Assembly: GCF_000400465.1 (NCBI RefSeq) | Contig: NW_008806277.1 | Location: 20,001 to 268,000, forward strand | Source of the DNA: Wallemia ichthyophaga EXF-994 | Lineage: Eukaryota; Fungi; Basidiomycota | Direction of reading: 5' to 3' | DNA length: 248,000 nucleotides | In this document: positions 185,268 through 199,011 of the stretch, one piece after another | Layout of the letters: each line of letters starts with the position of its first letter | Numbering within the stretch: position 1 is the stretch's first letter | The notes under the pieces: generated by a model | Seen by the model: the letters and a program-made list of their open reading frames with translations, nothing else | Databases searched by the model: none | Told to the model about the DNA's origin: nothing | Position numbers and translations under genes: made by a program

Positions 185268-185383
185268 TGCTTAAGATAGTGGTCGTTGTGATCAAGCGGA
185301 TGACACAGACCAAAGTAGAATACTTAGAAATTAAATTTATAAATTAAGTTATAACAATTCCTCTGCTAATTATTACTTTCTTC

Positions 185384-185953
185384 TTATTTTTTAAGCTTCT
185401 TTTTTTTCTTGTCTTCCTTAACCGGCGATTCATCGATTGACTTACGCTTTCTGTCTTTCGTGTTTTTCTTGTCTGACTTGTCCTTCTTTTCCTTCTTATC
185501 CTTATTTGGTGATGCTTGCTCGTTTACTGTGCCATCTATTCCACCGGTATCAAAACCTGGTGGTCTGAATCTCCACTTGAGCTTATCGGTTGGCTGTTCA
185601 CGCTTAATTGCACCATCTGAAGATGTGTGTTTCTCAAATTTGGGCGCTTTAAGCATTGGTATGTTGTCAGACAATTGTAATCTATGGTGGATTGGCTTAT
185701 CCACTAATTCATGTCATTATAACAGACACTATGAGCAGACAAGACACTCACCAGTAACCAGTTGACCTTGTTTATTTGGTAGCAACAACTTGAATTGATC
185801 CATTTCATCATTTATCGATGCAGATTCAAATTTGTTCCTTGATTCTTTTGAGTTTGAAGTTAACTGTGAGTGTATACTCATCTCACTGCCTTTGACATCG
185901 ATTGTACCTAATTTATTGTCTTTACTATCGAAATCCAGTTTCATTCCTTTCAA
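185384..185953 (-). CDS. Pol I subunit Rpa34-like
   Basis: LKWRFRPPGF; K-rich tail. Confidence 0.6.
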
Positions 185954-186355
185954 ATGCTTTGTCTTTATCTATTCCTGCGTGAGTCTTAACACGGAATAGC
186001 GATAAAACGCACATTCTCTGGTACTCTTAAGCATACGATTTCATAATCATCATCTTTAGCCAGCTTTAACCAATCAACGCTGCTAGATTGATCGACTCCT
186101 TTCAATTTGAAGCCTTTTGGTGGTTTGTATCTACTTGCATTAGAATACAATGACTGTTTGTCGAAATATAACTAACTCATTTAATTGCCTGCTCGTTTCC
186201 TCCTCTCCGACACTCTCACTTGGGCTTCTCTCTGGAGAAGACATGATAGTAAATTTAAAAGAATACATTTAAATGGCGGCAATTAAAACGTTTCAAAATA
186301 ATTGAAAGATATTTACAGTGTCCTTATTCCATTCCGCTGGGCTCAGCGCTCACGT

Positions 186356-187217
186356 TTAGAGCAAGTAGACTGCTGCACCGAGGATGATTGCACCCATAGC
186401 AGCAAAAGCCTTGCTCTTTGATGCAGATGAGTCATCATCTTTATCACCGCTGCCATTGTCGTTACTGGTGCTTTTGTTGGTGCTGCTGTCACCATTCTCG
186501 TCAATGATGTTCTTCTCGCTGTTGCTGATGTTGTTATCGGTGTTGTTGTAAGATTCGCTGTTATCGTCATAGTCAGCCTTTCCAGTATTAGTTGCGTTGA
186601 GAAGCGTCTCATTGAATGTTCCGGTCATACCAGTGAGCTATTCGAGCTGTCAACTACGCAATAAAGATTCAATAATTATCACTCACTCCAAATATTCCTG
186701 TGTATGCGATGTAAGGGTAACCATAATTTGACGCTTCTTCGGTCTGAGCTGGGAGACTGTCTGAAACAATGCGAAGAGAGCTGTTTGCTTCTTAGAGATA
186801 GTGTCTTCTAAATAAGCTTTATACTCACTAGAATATTCCATCTTGACCGACGTCTGGATCGATCGTTGTGGTGAATTCTTTTTCAGTCGCGTCGACGGTA
186901 CCAAGTTGGCTCAATGGTACCATAGCCAACTATAAATTCGTCAGAACGCTCCCATTTCTGACTTAAACCAACTCACAGACTCATTTCCTGCGAAGAGGTA
187001 AATATGTGATTGACCAATATCGCTCAAAGTAACATTATCTCCTTTTTGAGTCCATTTCACCGTGTATTCATTGCCTGCCTCAACCTTATCTCCAGAAAGT
187101 GGTTGAGTGATAGCCTGCTTCAAGTCGGCCTCAATGCGTTCGAGTATACATTCAACCCACAAGGTTAGCGAGAGTTTTTGATGCGATTGCAGATAAAGCG
187201 AAAATTGATTTCAACAT
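186356..187217 (-). CDS. Secreted GPI-anchored protein with Kre9/KNH-like N-domain, paralog A
   Basis: Signal peptide, ITQPLSG..AGNEYTVKW, acidic linker, hydrophobic tail. Confidence 0.72.
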
Positions 187218-188052
187218 TTTAAACGCAAAAGTTCTGTAACCGTGGTAATCTTGTTGAAAAGAGCGTCTTCGTTGCTTAAATTGTGGTAGGTCCGTGCCAA
187301 GTGTAAGCCCGTGCAGTTAGGTACGCAGGACAAAAAAGCTATCGCATTATACAGTCTCTTTTATCTTTTGTAATACAATTTGCTTCTTTTCTGGCTTGCC
187401 ATCAAGATATTTTGCGCGCGGCCCTGCCAAAGCATGATAAGCCTGAGACATGTTGAGGGTACTTGACAATCACGACGGTTGCAAGCGAATTTTGCAAGGC
187501 TTCATCTAAGTCAATTATGCAGAATGGATTGGCGGAACCATTGAATAGTAAGACTTCCAAGGGGTATAAGCTCCTTAGAGACGGATATCTGTGGCGAGTG
187601 AAAGTAAGTGTCGAGCAGTTCTATTGTGGGCTACCGTCATCGCAAAGGCGCCTCCAGCAGATAAATACGTTGCGCATCTGTTACGCATGGATACCGACAT
187701 TCGTGCTTGTGGTAACACATGCATGGCAAGCTTATACACGCTGAAATAGAGCTAGATCTTTTCAGGTGACTCTGAAAGCCGCAAAACTCCTTCAAGCGCG
187801 AAAATGAGGACGATCTATCTGCCGTCTCGAAACAAAAGAAAGTCACGCTTCGAGACAAGTGTTTATAGCACAGTCTTATGTAAGCACATACTCTAAAGCA
187901 TGTAATGACAGACCTAAGCCTGATCAGAACGACTTCTTGGTCTATTTAGATGGGATGCCTGTGTCAGTCTCTCAAAAACAAATATGTTCACAGCGTCATC
188001 GTCATGAATGTTTAAGCTAATCTGAATATGTATATCATGTACATAAAATAGT

Positions 188053-188157
188053 TTACTCGGCCTTTGGAGCTGGCAATGGGGCTTGTGCCTTCTTGCCACG
188101 GACCTTCTTGGCTGGAGCATCCTTCTTTTGGCCTTTAGAAGCGTAAATGGCTGAAAC
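188053..188157 (-). pseudogene. Orphan copy of the last RPL28 exon
   Basis: Matches 190198-190302 (offset 2145). Confidence 0.85.
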
Positions 188158-188371
188158 AATGGCAACAACGGTCATCGATATACAACTTACACGATGAGCT
188201 GCCTGCTCGTCCTACTCACCGGCAATGTCACTTTAGCTTCTCTCCGAACAAGATATGATGATATTTCAAAATGTATTACTTGTATATAAATGGTTACAAT
188301 TAAAACCGCTTAAAAGGATAAAAAGATATTTACAGTGTCCTTCTACATTCCGCTATTCTCAACGCTCACGT

Positions 188372-189228
188372 TTAGAGCAAGTAGACTGCTGCACCGAGGA
188401 TGGTTGCACCCATAGCAGCGAAAGCCTTGCTCTTTGATGCAGATGAGTCATCATCTTCATCACCGTTGTCACCATTGTCACCGTTGCTGTTGTTGTTGTT
188501 GTTGTTTTTGTCACCGCCTGACTCACCGTTGTTGTCCGAATCGCTATCATCTTCGTTGTCCGAATCGCTATCACCGTCGTTGTTAGCCTTTTCAGCACCA
188601 GTTGCGTTGAGGAGTGTTTCATTGAATGTTCCGGTCATACCAGTGAGCTATTCAAGCTGTTAGTTACACAATAAAACCCTAACGCTCATCAACTTACTTC
188701 GAAAATATCAGAGTACGCAATGTAAGGGTAGTCGTATTGCGCCATTTCTGGCTTTTGAGATTGGAGATTGTCTGAAACGACACGGATCGTGCTATTTTTT
188801 GGTTAGAGGTATTTTGCTCCAAATAGGATATTTACCCACTAGTATGTTCCGTTTTGACCGATTTCTGGATCGATCGTAGTGTTGAATTCTTTCTCAGTAG
188901 CGTCGACGGTACCAAGTTGGGTCAATGGAACCATAGAGTCCTATTCATGTGTCAACAAGCTCTCATTCTTCACTGTACCTAGCTCACAGAGTCATTCCCT
189001 GCGTAGAGGTAGACATGTGATTGGCCAATGTCGCTCAAGGTCACATCCTCTCCTCTTTCTACCCATTCCACTGTATATTCTTCACCTCCTTCAATCGTAT
189101 CACCAGAGATTGGTTGGGTGATAGACTGCTTCAAGTAAGCGTCGATGCGTTTCAGTAAACAATACACCCACAAGTCTAGCGAGAGTTGTTGATGCGATTG
189201 CAGATAAAGCGAAAATTGATTCAAACAT
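188372..189228 (-). CDS. Paralog B of the same GPI-anchored protein
   Basis: Same exon layout, diverged sequence. Confidence 0.72.
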
Positions 189229-190197
189229 TTTAAACGCCAAACTTTTGTATCGGTGGTAGTCCTGTCGCAAGGAATGTCTTCGTTCGTTAGTAATTCCTGA
189301 AAAGGCCAGTGCGTGGGGTAGACCTTCACTTAGGTACGCAATGTAAAAGACGTTGCCACATTCGTGCAGTCTCTTCCTTTCTATTGCGATGCAGCTTGCA
189401 TCTCTTCTAGCCTGTTATTAAAATTTTCTGTGCACGTCCCTAGAAAAGAATGATAGGCCGCCTCTAAAACAAATTGAGTAACTAAGGTGGCAATCGCTTA
189501 AGCAGCCTGCAGGTCGATATAGCTTGCTTCGATCTGAGTCAACTATGTTGAGTCGATTGTCGAGCCTCAGAGTTGGTGATCATTATTGCTTCCGAAGGAT
189601 AAAAGCTGCTCAGTATTCTGTGGCAAGTATATTCGCCGTCAAGCTGTTGTCTGGGGCACTGTTCTCATCGCACACGAACCTCCAGCAGATGAGTAAATTA
189701 CCATGAATACAGACTTTCGTGCTTATAATGGAGATATTGCACATGCATGGCAGACTTGTATAGACTAAAATAGTGCTGGATCTTTCAAGTGACTCTAAAG
189801 CCGCATTCCCCTTTAAGCACGAAAATGAGGGCGATTCGTCTGCCATCCCAAATCGAAGCAAGGTTACGTTACCATTCGAGACAAGTATTTATAGCACAGT
189901 CTTAGATTAGCACGTCGTCTAAATCAGTCTGCTGTATTCACTGATGCGTTGTTAAACCGACTGACTAGCATCGGTACTGGATCTTGCTTCATAATCGCAG
190001 ATTTGCTCTCTCAACAAATTGAAAGGTTGATCGTTTGTTGCAATGGCAAAACTTAGCCAAGGCAGAAGAAGGTCTCATTCTACATAAATTGTTGTATGCC
190101 TGTGTCATAGAGTCTCTCAAAAGCAAATATGTTCACAGCGTCGTCGTCATAAATGTTTAGGTGAATCTGCATATGTAAATCATGTACATAAAATAGT

Positions 190198-190900
190198 TTA
190201 CTCGGCCTTTGGAGCTGGCAATGGGGCTTGTGCCTTCTTGCCACGGACCTTCTTGGCTGGAGCATCCTTCTTTTGGCCTTTAGAAGCGTAAATGGCTGAA
190301 ACCTTAGCAACAGCTGGCTGAAATTGCAAGTTAATACGCAATATAGGAGTCTCAATCGAGAGTATAAACTGAGGTTTAGTTTTATCAATGTCATTCGCTT
190401 GAATGGCCAGAGAGGTACGATGAAGTCTTGAAGACAACACCAATCTGGTAAAGTGATGCGAATATTTTAATATAGCAACACAAATACGCCTGACCTTTCA
190501 AAAAGTATTTCGAGGGGGTTCTAGCGTGTTGCGATCGCAGTTTATACTCTCGATTGGATTGAGGTTTATCACTCACCTTGACAAGATCTGGGCGAGTAGT
190601 AGCAACAACATTGGCAGTTGACTTGTAAGCACGACGCTTTCCTCCAGTGACTTGGGTCTTAGCGAAGCCCTTGTTCCATTGGTTGACTGGGGCCTTGGTC
190701 TTACGAGCAACGATTACAGCACCCTTGTCGTGTGGGTTGACACCAAGAGCCTTTTGACCATTGATGGTTGAAGAGTACTTGTAAGAGTGGTTTGCGAGCA
190801 AGTTACCAGGCTCAGAAGACAACTTGTGGGAACCTGGTGCACTTGGGCGAATGAAAGAGGAAGATTTACGCAACAAGAGCCATTGGAGATCACCTGACAC
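190198..190900 (-). CDS. RPL28: 60S ribosomal protein eL28
   Basis: DLQWLLLRK.SSF, SSEPGNL..HSYKYS (metazoan/eL28 nomenclature). Confidence 0.88.
190386..190536 (-). ncRNA. Putative intronic box H/ACA snoRNA
   Basis: Hairpin GCAACAC..GTGTTGC, H box ATATTA, second hairpin, ACA 3 nt from end; inside 259-nt intron. Confidence 0.55.
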
Positions 190901-191851
190901 TGGAGAATCGTTGTTAATACGTTAAAGCACATTAAATTCTAATTCTAACTTTTTTCAAGAGTGCTGTATCGCAAGAGGTTTAGACCAAGCACAAAAACCT
191001 TCACGAGTGAATTTTTTTATTTTAAATATATTCGAATGCTATTTCTTGCTAATCTGCGTGTGTATATATCCTGGCCTCGTCCATCACGCACTCTAAACGA
191101 GGTCTACGCTGTCGTTTGGTCTTCTATTCGACGTCGAGCAGCGCGATCTTATAATCTGCGCCCAAGTATATCGAGTTAAACTTCAAATGATGTCTAGTAC
191201 TCTTTGGGCTGGACGTTCTCTTTCTTAACCAGATGCTAGATGCCAGATGCCAGATGCGAAGATGCGCAACCTCTAAAGGCAAAATGTTCTTGTCTGGTTT
191301 GGCTACGAAGAGCATCCATCTTGAAATCCATTTCTCGTTTTTATCTCAAATGTAAAGGTAATAGCACTATACTATTATAAGCGATTCCGACATCTTCCAA
191401 CTTTCGCACAAAATACTTGTTGAAAATCGTTCTAGGTCAGAGCTTTGTGGCTAATTAAGAAGTCCAGTTTCGTTCTCGAACTGCATTGCTTGCATTTCTG
191501 AATTTCCAACTTCGGCAGTGCCTTAGATTCGGCAAAAGATGTAAAGATTTGAGGATATATTTCGGTGTTTATCTCTCTTTATTCATTTGGTGATAGTGTG
191601 AAATGATCTATACTATGTCAGTTTACATAATGCACTTTACAGCTTCGCAGACAATCATTACAGCTCCAAGATAGCCGATAATCACAATGCTCGAAAATTG
191701 TTACAATTATTACTAACAATGCAGCAATGCACTAATCACCATGTTTGTAAAGCCAGCTGCACATTCCAAGCAAAGCAGGGTAGACTTTTCATCAGTAATC
191801 TTAATATTATTCAAAAATAGGTCAATACAATAAAGCGTTCGAGTTCGTAAC

Positions 191852-193398
191852 TTAAGGAGTGTATTCATAGTCTACATCTTCATTTGGTCTTCCGTCAGAC
191901 ATCAGAATGACAGAGTAACGACCGGATAATCTCCAATCCTTCTCTTCCTTGTCCAACTTCTCCGCAACACCTGGTGGTAAACCGACGACGACATCCGACT
192001 TGATAGTCCTCATGGAGCAGACAGGTGGTGCTCCAGGTGCCGATGCTAAAGTACCGATGGCCTCACTGAATGGTGTTGTTGGTGGAGCGCGACAGTCGTA
192101 GGTCAATTTGCGGTGGTTGAGATCACCCTTGAAGAAGACCAACTTGGATTGGTGAAGATCCAAGAACAGATCAGGGCTGACCTCAAGCAAGTGATAGAAA
192201 GTGTAACCAGAGATCCAGAATGGGTGTTGCTCGTATATAATCTTTCCTTGCTGTTCGTATCTCTTCCAACGATTACCCAAAGCACGTAATGAGTTCAGTT
192301 CCTCTGCAGTACCCTTGAACAATCTACCATAGCATGCAGAGTTAATTAACCATTCCCAGTCCTTCTTAGTTACGTCAGAAACGAACCAAGCAAATCTCTT
192401 TCCATGAAATTTGACTTGATCAGCTAAGCCAGCTTGGATAAGGAAGTCAGCCAATACCAAATCAGTAAACAACTCGAAACCGGCATTGTCGAGGACAAAG
192501 TCGATTCTACCGTTTTTGTTGTTCTTCAACTGATTCCAGACTCTTTCTATGTCGTTACCGAGGATGTTTTTCTGCGTGGCAGCGAGTTGATCTCCGCCAG
192601 TTGATTGCAAGTTTTTAATATCTTCCTCAGTCATGTCGATCAGGAGGGAAAGATCGGTAGAGTTTCCCCATAAACAAACTTGGAACAATTCCATGAAAAT
192701 GAGTTTTTTGGCATCGTCATTTGGAATGTGGAAGGGCTCAGCAAAACGCGTAGCTAATTCAAAGACGGCGTGAGATGAGCGGGCGAAAGTGTCACACTTT
192801 TGTCTGAAGAATACGTCGTAGTCCTGGAAGTACTTGGAGAAGGAGAAACAAGAGTGAAGACGACGGTACTTGTAAGCTTCAGCAAAGATCCATGGAGCGC
192901 TCATAAAGTCCTTTCCTTGGAAGTACTTCGCGATTTCCTTGTTCCAGATAGCGATATCACCAGAGCCATCGTCAGGGATAGGTGTGAGCTTCTTGTTTGA
193001 TTTGAGATCGTCCATGAGTGTATCCATTCTGAGACAGGATGATTAGAAAGGAACAAACGAAAGGAGAGATCGTACCTTTCAATACAGGAAAGTAAGTCAA
193101 GAATCTCATCTTCCTTTGAAAGTCCATTTAAAGTGATGATTGTGTCTTCGATGGCTTTGCCGAGGATGGTAGGCAAACGACGGCCCATGACATCGTTTGC
193201 GAAGGAGAACGTGTGATAGCCTCGGAAGGCAGGGAATGGAGGAGATTCAGGGTTAACGTACTTTGCGTCGATCTTGTTAGGTTCGGCCATGTAGGAGCGG
193301 GATCTTGGAGGCATGTTCTTCAATCTGAGCTGCACAGAAGAAGGAACAGAGGCGTTAGGAATGTCTACGCTGCCATTTGGTGTTTGTGGTTGAGCCAT
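191852..193398 (-). CDS. DUF89/ARMT1 damage-control phosphatase
   Basis: LWGNSTDLS, VLDNAGFEL, FKGDLNHRKL. Confidence 0.88.
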
Positions 193399-193551
193399 AT
193401 TTGAAAAATTGAAGATGACAGTAAAGGGTTAAGGAGGATGATGAAGAATGTGTGGATTGCACTTAGCCAAAGCGACGTCATCGAGGATAATTGGAGTGCG
193501 GGGAGAGTGGAGAAGATTGGATGATATAAAGTAATGTAAGTGTGAGAGTGT

Positions 193552-194030
193552 TTATTCAGTGGCTACAAATCCTTGTATATCCAAATCATATATGGTCACT
193601 CTACCGTAAAAATCCGTCGAACTGTTGAAAAGCAATTTAATATTGTTGGATATCGTCTTATTGTGATTTATACTGAAAGACTGCATTTTGTTGTTATCCT
193701 CAGGATAAAAGCCATCCTGACCAAGCTGGTTGCTGTTGTGATAATACACAATCTGGCAGCTCTTTCCTGAGAATCCACCTTGAAATGTCAATATCAACTT
193801 ATCTATTATATAGTTTTGACCAAATTTTAGCTGGACAGACTGTGGACTGCCCTGTGCGCTTGACCAGCAAGTGTCACTCGATCCATCGATCAGATTAGAC
193901 TTGTTTGAGAACTTATCGATGTTTGATGAAACCCTGCGTTGATTTGTAAGTTGAACTGCGTAGATACATGCACATACTTGACTTTTGTCTCTTTGTTGAT
194001 AACGCTCATCTGCACGCTCTTGGTAATATC
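193552..194030 (-). CDS. NR2C2AP-like small protein (introns)
   Basis: FQGGF..FYPEDNNKMQSF..FNSSTDFYGRVTIY. Confidence 0.5.
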
Positions 194031-194035
194031 ATCGT

Positions 194036-194674
194036 ATGAGTAGACTGGAAATTTTAAACGGCGATAATTTTAGATTTGATGGTAGGAAGCCACTCGAGTT
194101 TAGGTCTTTAAATTATAAGTTGGATGATAACAACGTTTACTTCAATCAAGGCCTGACTAAGTTGAAAGTTAACATAAGCGGTTATCACAACTTCAATAAG
194201 CAAGATATCAATATATCCGTCAACAACGTCAACTCGAACCTCTCTAAATCAAAAATTGAAAACCTTATCCAGCAATTGAAGTCCACATTCCTCTCCGTCA
194301 TCAGATTCCACTCAAAGTCATCAATACAAATCAATATAGACATATTGAACTTTGATGGTAGCTTACTATCAACCGCCATAAACGCATTATCACTTTCTTT
194401 ATCTTTAAACGGCATCGAACTACTCGATATAGTCACTTCAACAAATATTGGTGTTTTCAACAATAACCTTTTAATAGACTTGAATAATTTCGAAGAACTA
194501 GATTGCCCTTCAATAACTCTAGCCTCTTTATCTAATTTTGAAAGTTTATCTTTAATTAATCTTGATTCAAAGCTACATTCCTCCTTCTTATCTGACATCA
194601 TTTCTCTATCTACTTCGAGTAATCAAGTATTGAGAGATGATTTGTCCAGTATTTTGTTGTCAAATGCTGTTTAA
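194036..194674 (+). CDS. SKI6: Exosome subunit Rrp41/Ski6
   Basis: RFDGRKPLEFR; RNase PH fold. Confidence 0.75.
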   Translation: MSRLEILNGDNFRFDGRKPLEFRSLNYKLDDNNVYFNQGLTKLKVNISGYHNFNKQDINISVNNVNSNLSKSKIENLIQQLKSTFLSVIRFHSKSSIQINIDILNFDGSLLSTAINALSLSLSLNGIELLDIVTSTNIGVFNNNLLIDLNNFEELDCPSITLASLSNFESLSLINLDSKLHSSFLSDIISLSTSSNQVLRDDLSSILLSNAV

Positions 194675-195575
194675 GAACTCCGTTAATGCATTCATCGTTC
194701 TATTCACATCATTGTCCTGCCAAACATTAACTCTCATCCCACCCTTGAATACGATGAACATGGTCGGTTGATACTCATTAACACCTAATATACCTCCAAT
194801 TTCCTTATTCATCATCACATCCAACCTCATGAACCCGTTGTTCATTCCAGGAATTCCTCTTTGAGCAGCTAAATGGTAGAATGCTTGTGATAATTCAACG
194901 CTATTCGATGAATATGTCGTCAATGGTGATACCTTTATTCCCTTTCAATTTCATAATACTCTATACCACGCAACTCACCGTCATCAGAATGGCTTTGTAA
195001 TTACTCATGATTATATTCTGCATCATCTCCTTTGAGATTACATTCAGCGTCGGCCATTGTGGTAAAACATCTGCTGATTGATATTGCGAATTGGGTATCA
195101 TGGGTAGATTCATTCGAATGTTATTTCTGGCATGATCATTTCCCACTCCTCCACCAAGTGCAGCCTGCGTCCCTACCATTCCTGTACCCCCAATTCCCCC
195201 GAAAGACCCCACACTTCCTGCATTGATGAATTCTGGAAACTTAGCTCCACAAAGAAAGTCGATTGCTTTGTCTGTGAACGTATTTCCATTCCTGTACGCC
195301 ACGTTGTAGCTTCCTGCGTTGAACTCACTACAAAGACCATCTAAAAAGTCCTTATATGTGTCCTCGTCTATTTCTGTAATCCCAGTATTGATGACTCTAG
195401 ATGGCGTCCCTTTGTAAGAGCTGCCCGGTGGTGCCAAGGACCTGATGCCTTCATAACTAAACTCAAACTCTCTATTGAATACCACAACGGTTGTGTGACT
195501 TCTCCCGTTACTGCTCAAGTACCTTATTGCCTCGTTGCTCCAATCATAAATGGCTATTTCGACCTTATTTCCCAT
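194660..195575 (-). CDS. PPPDE/DeSI deSUMOylase-like
   Basis: HTTVVVFNREF, YNVAYRN; catalytic Cys position appears as NGN. Confidence 0.65.
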
Positions 195576-197408
195576 GATGGTATTAATTGTGATATTAAGT
195601 GGTTAATTGTATTTGATTATTGGGTTGTACAAATTAAATGAGCAACGTCGCGATCGCGCTATCGCTGGCGTGTTGATTGTTCAAACAAGAGTACGATAAT
195701 CGTCATTAGTCCAGTTTCTTGCTGAATTTTCTCCCTGTTGATCCCTGTTGAATATAACTTGTTTTGTGTACTCGTGTGTACAACCACAATGGCTCTTTTT
195801 CATTGCCTCCGCTTGGTCACAAGTACCAAAAAAATGAATACGTAATTTGAATGGCTACTTAATTTTGTTTAGTTGTCAAACGACTGTAGGGATGCAACAT
195901 AAAGTGGAGGTCACCTCAGCTTATTATACGATGGCTTACATTTTCAAACTTTCCTAGCTGTTAATTACAAGACAACACCATATTCATCCATACATGAAAC
196001 TTATTGGGGGTTGTCATGTACGTATCTGTAACATAAGATTCTCGGCGTGAAGATTCGAAGACTTTTCAGCGTGAATAAGATCGGCATGGATAGCGACGTG
196101 GATAAATTAAATTGTAGAATGCTAAAATTCACTAAAAATTTGGACAGCTCAAATAATCGAAGTCACACTGCGATGGATCTGATTGGCAGTACTCTAAGCA
196201 AACATCGAACTCGATTAGTGAGCTAGTTTAGGTCCACAAGGAGAAGTTTTAATAAATTGTATAATTAAAACCATTTCAGGCTGATGTTTAAGCAGCATAT
196301 TATACGTCTTTGTAAGAGAAAAGAAGTAAATAAACTGAGTGACGGATGACAAAGTGATTATATGGAATTTTGATTAGAGGCGGCCTAAACGAGATCGGTT
196401 AGCAATCTATGGGTGAGTAAATACTATTAGATGGTATGATATTCTTCAAACGTTGATGATAGATCAAAGCAGCCTCAATGAGTGCTCGTGATGTCATCCG
196501 AAAACTCCGAAGAGTGACTGGAAGTGAGAACCTACTGTATATACTGTACTTTTGAAATCAAGGACGGAATGAATTTACATTTCAAAATGCATGCATTCAG
196601 TTAATTTGTACTGGAAATGACCGAGAGGGAAAACAGTATGGGTTCAGCACAATCATACAGCATTGAGATTTATATTACAAAAAGTAAGCAAGGATAACAT
196701 GCTTAAAACTAAGCGCATTAACGATGTAAAAGCACGGTGGACGACATCCTACTTGCTCTGAGGCTGTTGGGACGCCATACGCGCTCTATCTCCATATCGC
196801 CCTTCCACCAGACTAAACTGCTAAATAGAAACTGCAACTTTCATTTACAATTTAATTTGATTTATTTACATATTCGCTATACTAAACATTCTCTTAATCC
196901 ATCAGCCTGACACTTACAAGACTAGCTAAAATCTTCAGTGTTCAATGGAGAAGAATTGTTAGAGTGTACTATGGGCAATCAAAATCGAAATTAAAGGATT
197001 TAGTAGTGAACGGTATAACTTAAGAAGTCATATGGCTATACACATGCTGGATAATCTCTAAACGATGCAAATGAAATCTGAAATGCAGGCGGAAGAGCAA
197101 ACACTGAAATTGTTTTTGATCAAAAGTCTCGGATCACCATACATAAATCAGTGAATAAATGAAAACTTTCGATAATGCGTGAAATACGTAAGTATGATAT
197201 TAAATAACGCCAATGCTAAGGTTCGTTTGTGTACTTTGCAATCTAAAACAAGGGAAACATCATTTACAAATCAGAAGTACGATAGATATAAAATAAGATA
197301 GTATAATTAGGTAGAGTTAAAATGTAAACGGCCGAAACCAAAAGTAAGTCAAGCCTGTTGATTTCTAGGAAATAGAAAGTCGTCATACACTAGCCAGAAT
197401 CGTAATAG

Positions 197409-199011
197409 CACCGCTATGAATATCACAAAATGAGTACAAAAGGTTAGGTCACTATAAAAGGCAAATGAAAAGTGACCTGACTCGACATCTATGTGGCCCT
197501 TTCGTCTTGTATAAAGTCGAAAATCGCATTACACTGATTAAGAGTGTAATTATCAAACTTTTCAGTAATTTGGAATGTAATATTTCAGGATAGATAAGGC
197601 CCGAATGGGAAATAATCTGATTCAACATGAGTATTAACCAGGCCCTAACAAAACTCGCAGATCCTTATGAAATTGTATGTGATGAGATTAATTTGATATT
197701 TGTCTTGTTTTGAGTTGAGCGTGTTTATTTGGCTTGTGCATAGATAGATTAGCCAGATTGAAGGGCCAAATTGTAGAAAAGAGCCAAATAACAAGCCGTT
197801 AAGGTATCTGACACAGCTACTGCTGGATCTATTGATCCTTAGCTCGTCGCTAGTTTATAATCACCACCGAATTAATGATCGAAAGAGGAAGCTAAGTGTA
197901 ACACAGGTTTAAAAGTAGTTTACTCTCAACAGAAGAGATCGGTTTGTATTTGAAAGACTATCACTGCGATTGAAACATACGGGGAATTGTCTTTTCTGGG
198001 CGAGATGCTTCCTCATCACAGTTATAAGAATTACTTAATGATAAACAGATGAACAAAATGTACTCTTGCCATATGTAACCACAAACGTATGCAAATATAC
198101 ACATTAGAGATCAAGTCGTTACGTAGAACCTTTGAGGGCGAGTCACGATTGAATTTCAGGTCCAATTATAGAGAATATCAAAAGAAACTGACTATAATAT
198201 TTTAAAACTGACTTATTCATTGTTCAATTTGGGAGATGCACACTAGTAGACTTTAAGGGTGCAACATTGGAAAACGTTGGGGTTGCTCAACATAACATTT
198301 CTAATTTGGCTAACCGCTAGATAAAAAGCTAGACCAACCCAATAGCAATTACAAAGTGTAGCCCACCGAGTTTTAATTCAGAAAAGCTCATGATTAAATA
198401 CAAATTCTGATAGTATCATACATCGTTTCAAAGTAAAAACGGTTGGAAGGCTAGCTTACGGTACAATTACAGCTGAAGATAAAATGATTACATCTAATAA
198501 AACTACAGATCGCAAATCACCTGAGACCAACAAAATACAGAAACATTAAGCAATAGTACTTGTAGCGTGATTAGTAAAACCGTAAACGTTCATGCTTCAG
198601 CCCACTACAGGTAATCACTAAAAAGGTGGCCTTCAACGAAATGAGACACGAAAGTAAGAAATATAAAGTTTTCAAAACCATTGTAAGTTTCCAAATAAAG
198701 TGAAGGTCGTATTCAAAGCTACATTATTAATGATCAAACGATCACTATACCGAGATGAGCAGGTGTGAAAACTCTCATTTTCTGAATGAGACATAATTAC
198801 GAAATAAACTGCTATAACTTCCATCAAACAACTTCATGTTGGAAAGAAAAGCTACGCGAAAGCAGCATTATTTGCCAGACGTTCCCTATGGGATTTTAAG
198901 AACGTTAGTGTTGAGCTAAGACTTCATTCGAAAGATAGTGTTAAGAACCATTCGTTGATGTGAATCTTTTGCACATAAACTGTACATTTTAGGACCATTA
199001 TCGCAAGTCAT
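197409..199011 (+). repeat. Left arm of 1603-bp inverted repeat
   Basis: Reverse complement of 200091-201693 with only scattered mismatches. Confidence 0.93.

Larger units (their letters stand above)
186190..190302. repeat. Older diverged ~2-kb tandem duplication
   Basis: Two homologous units each with GPI gene, upstream region and RPL28 3' end. Confidence 0.8.
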
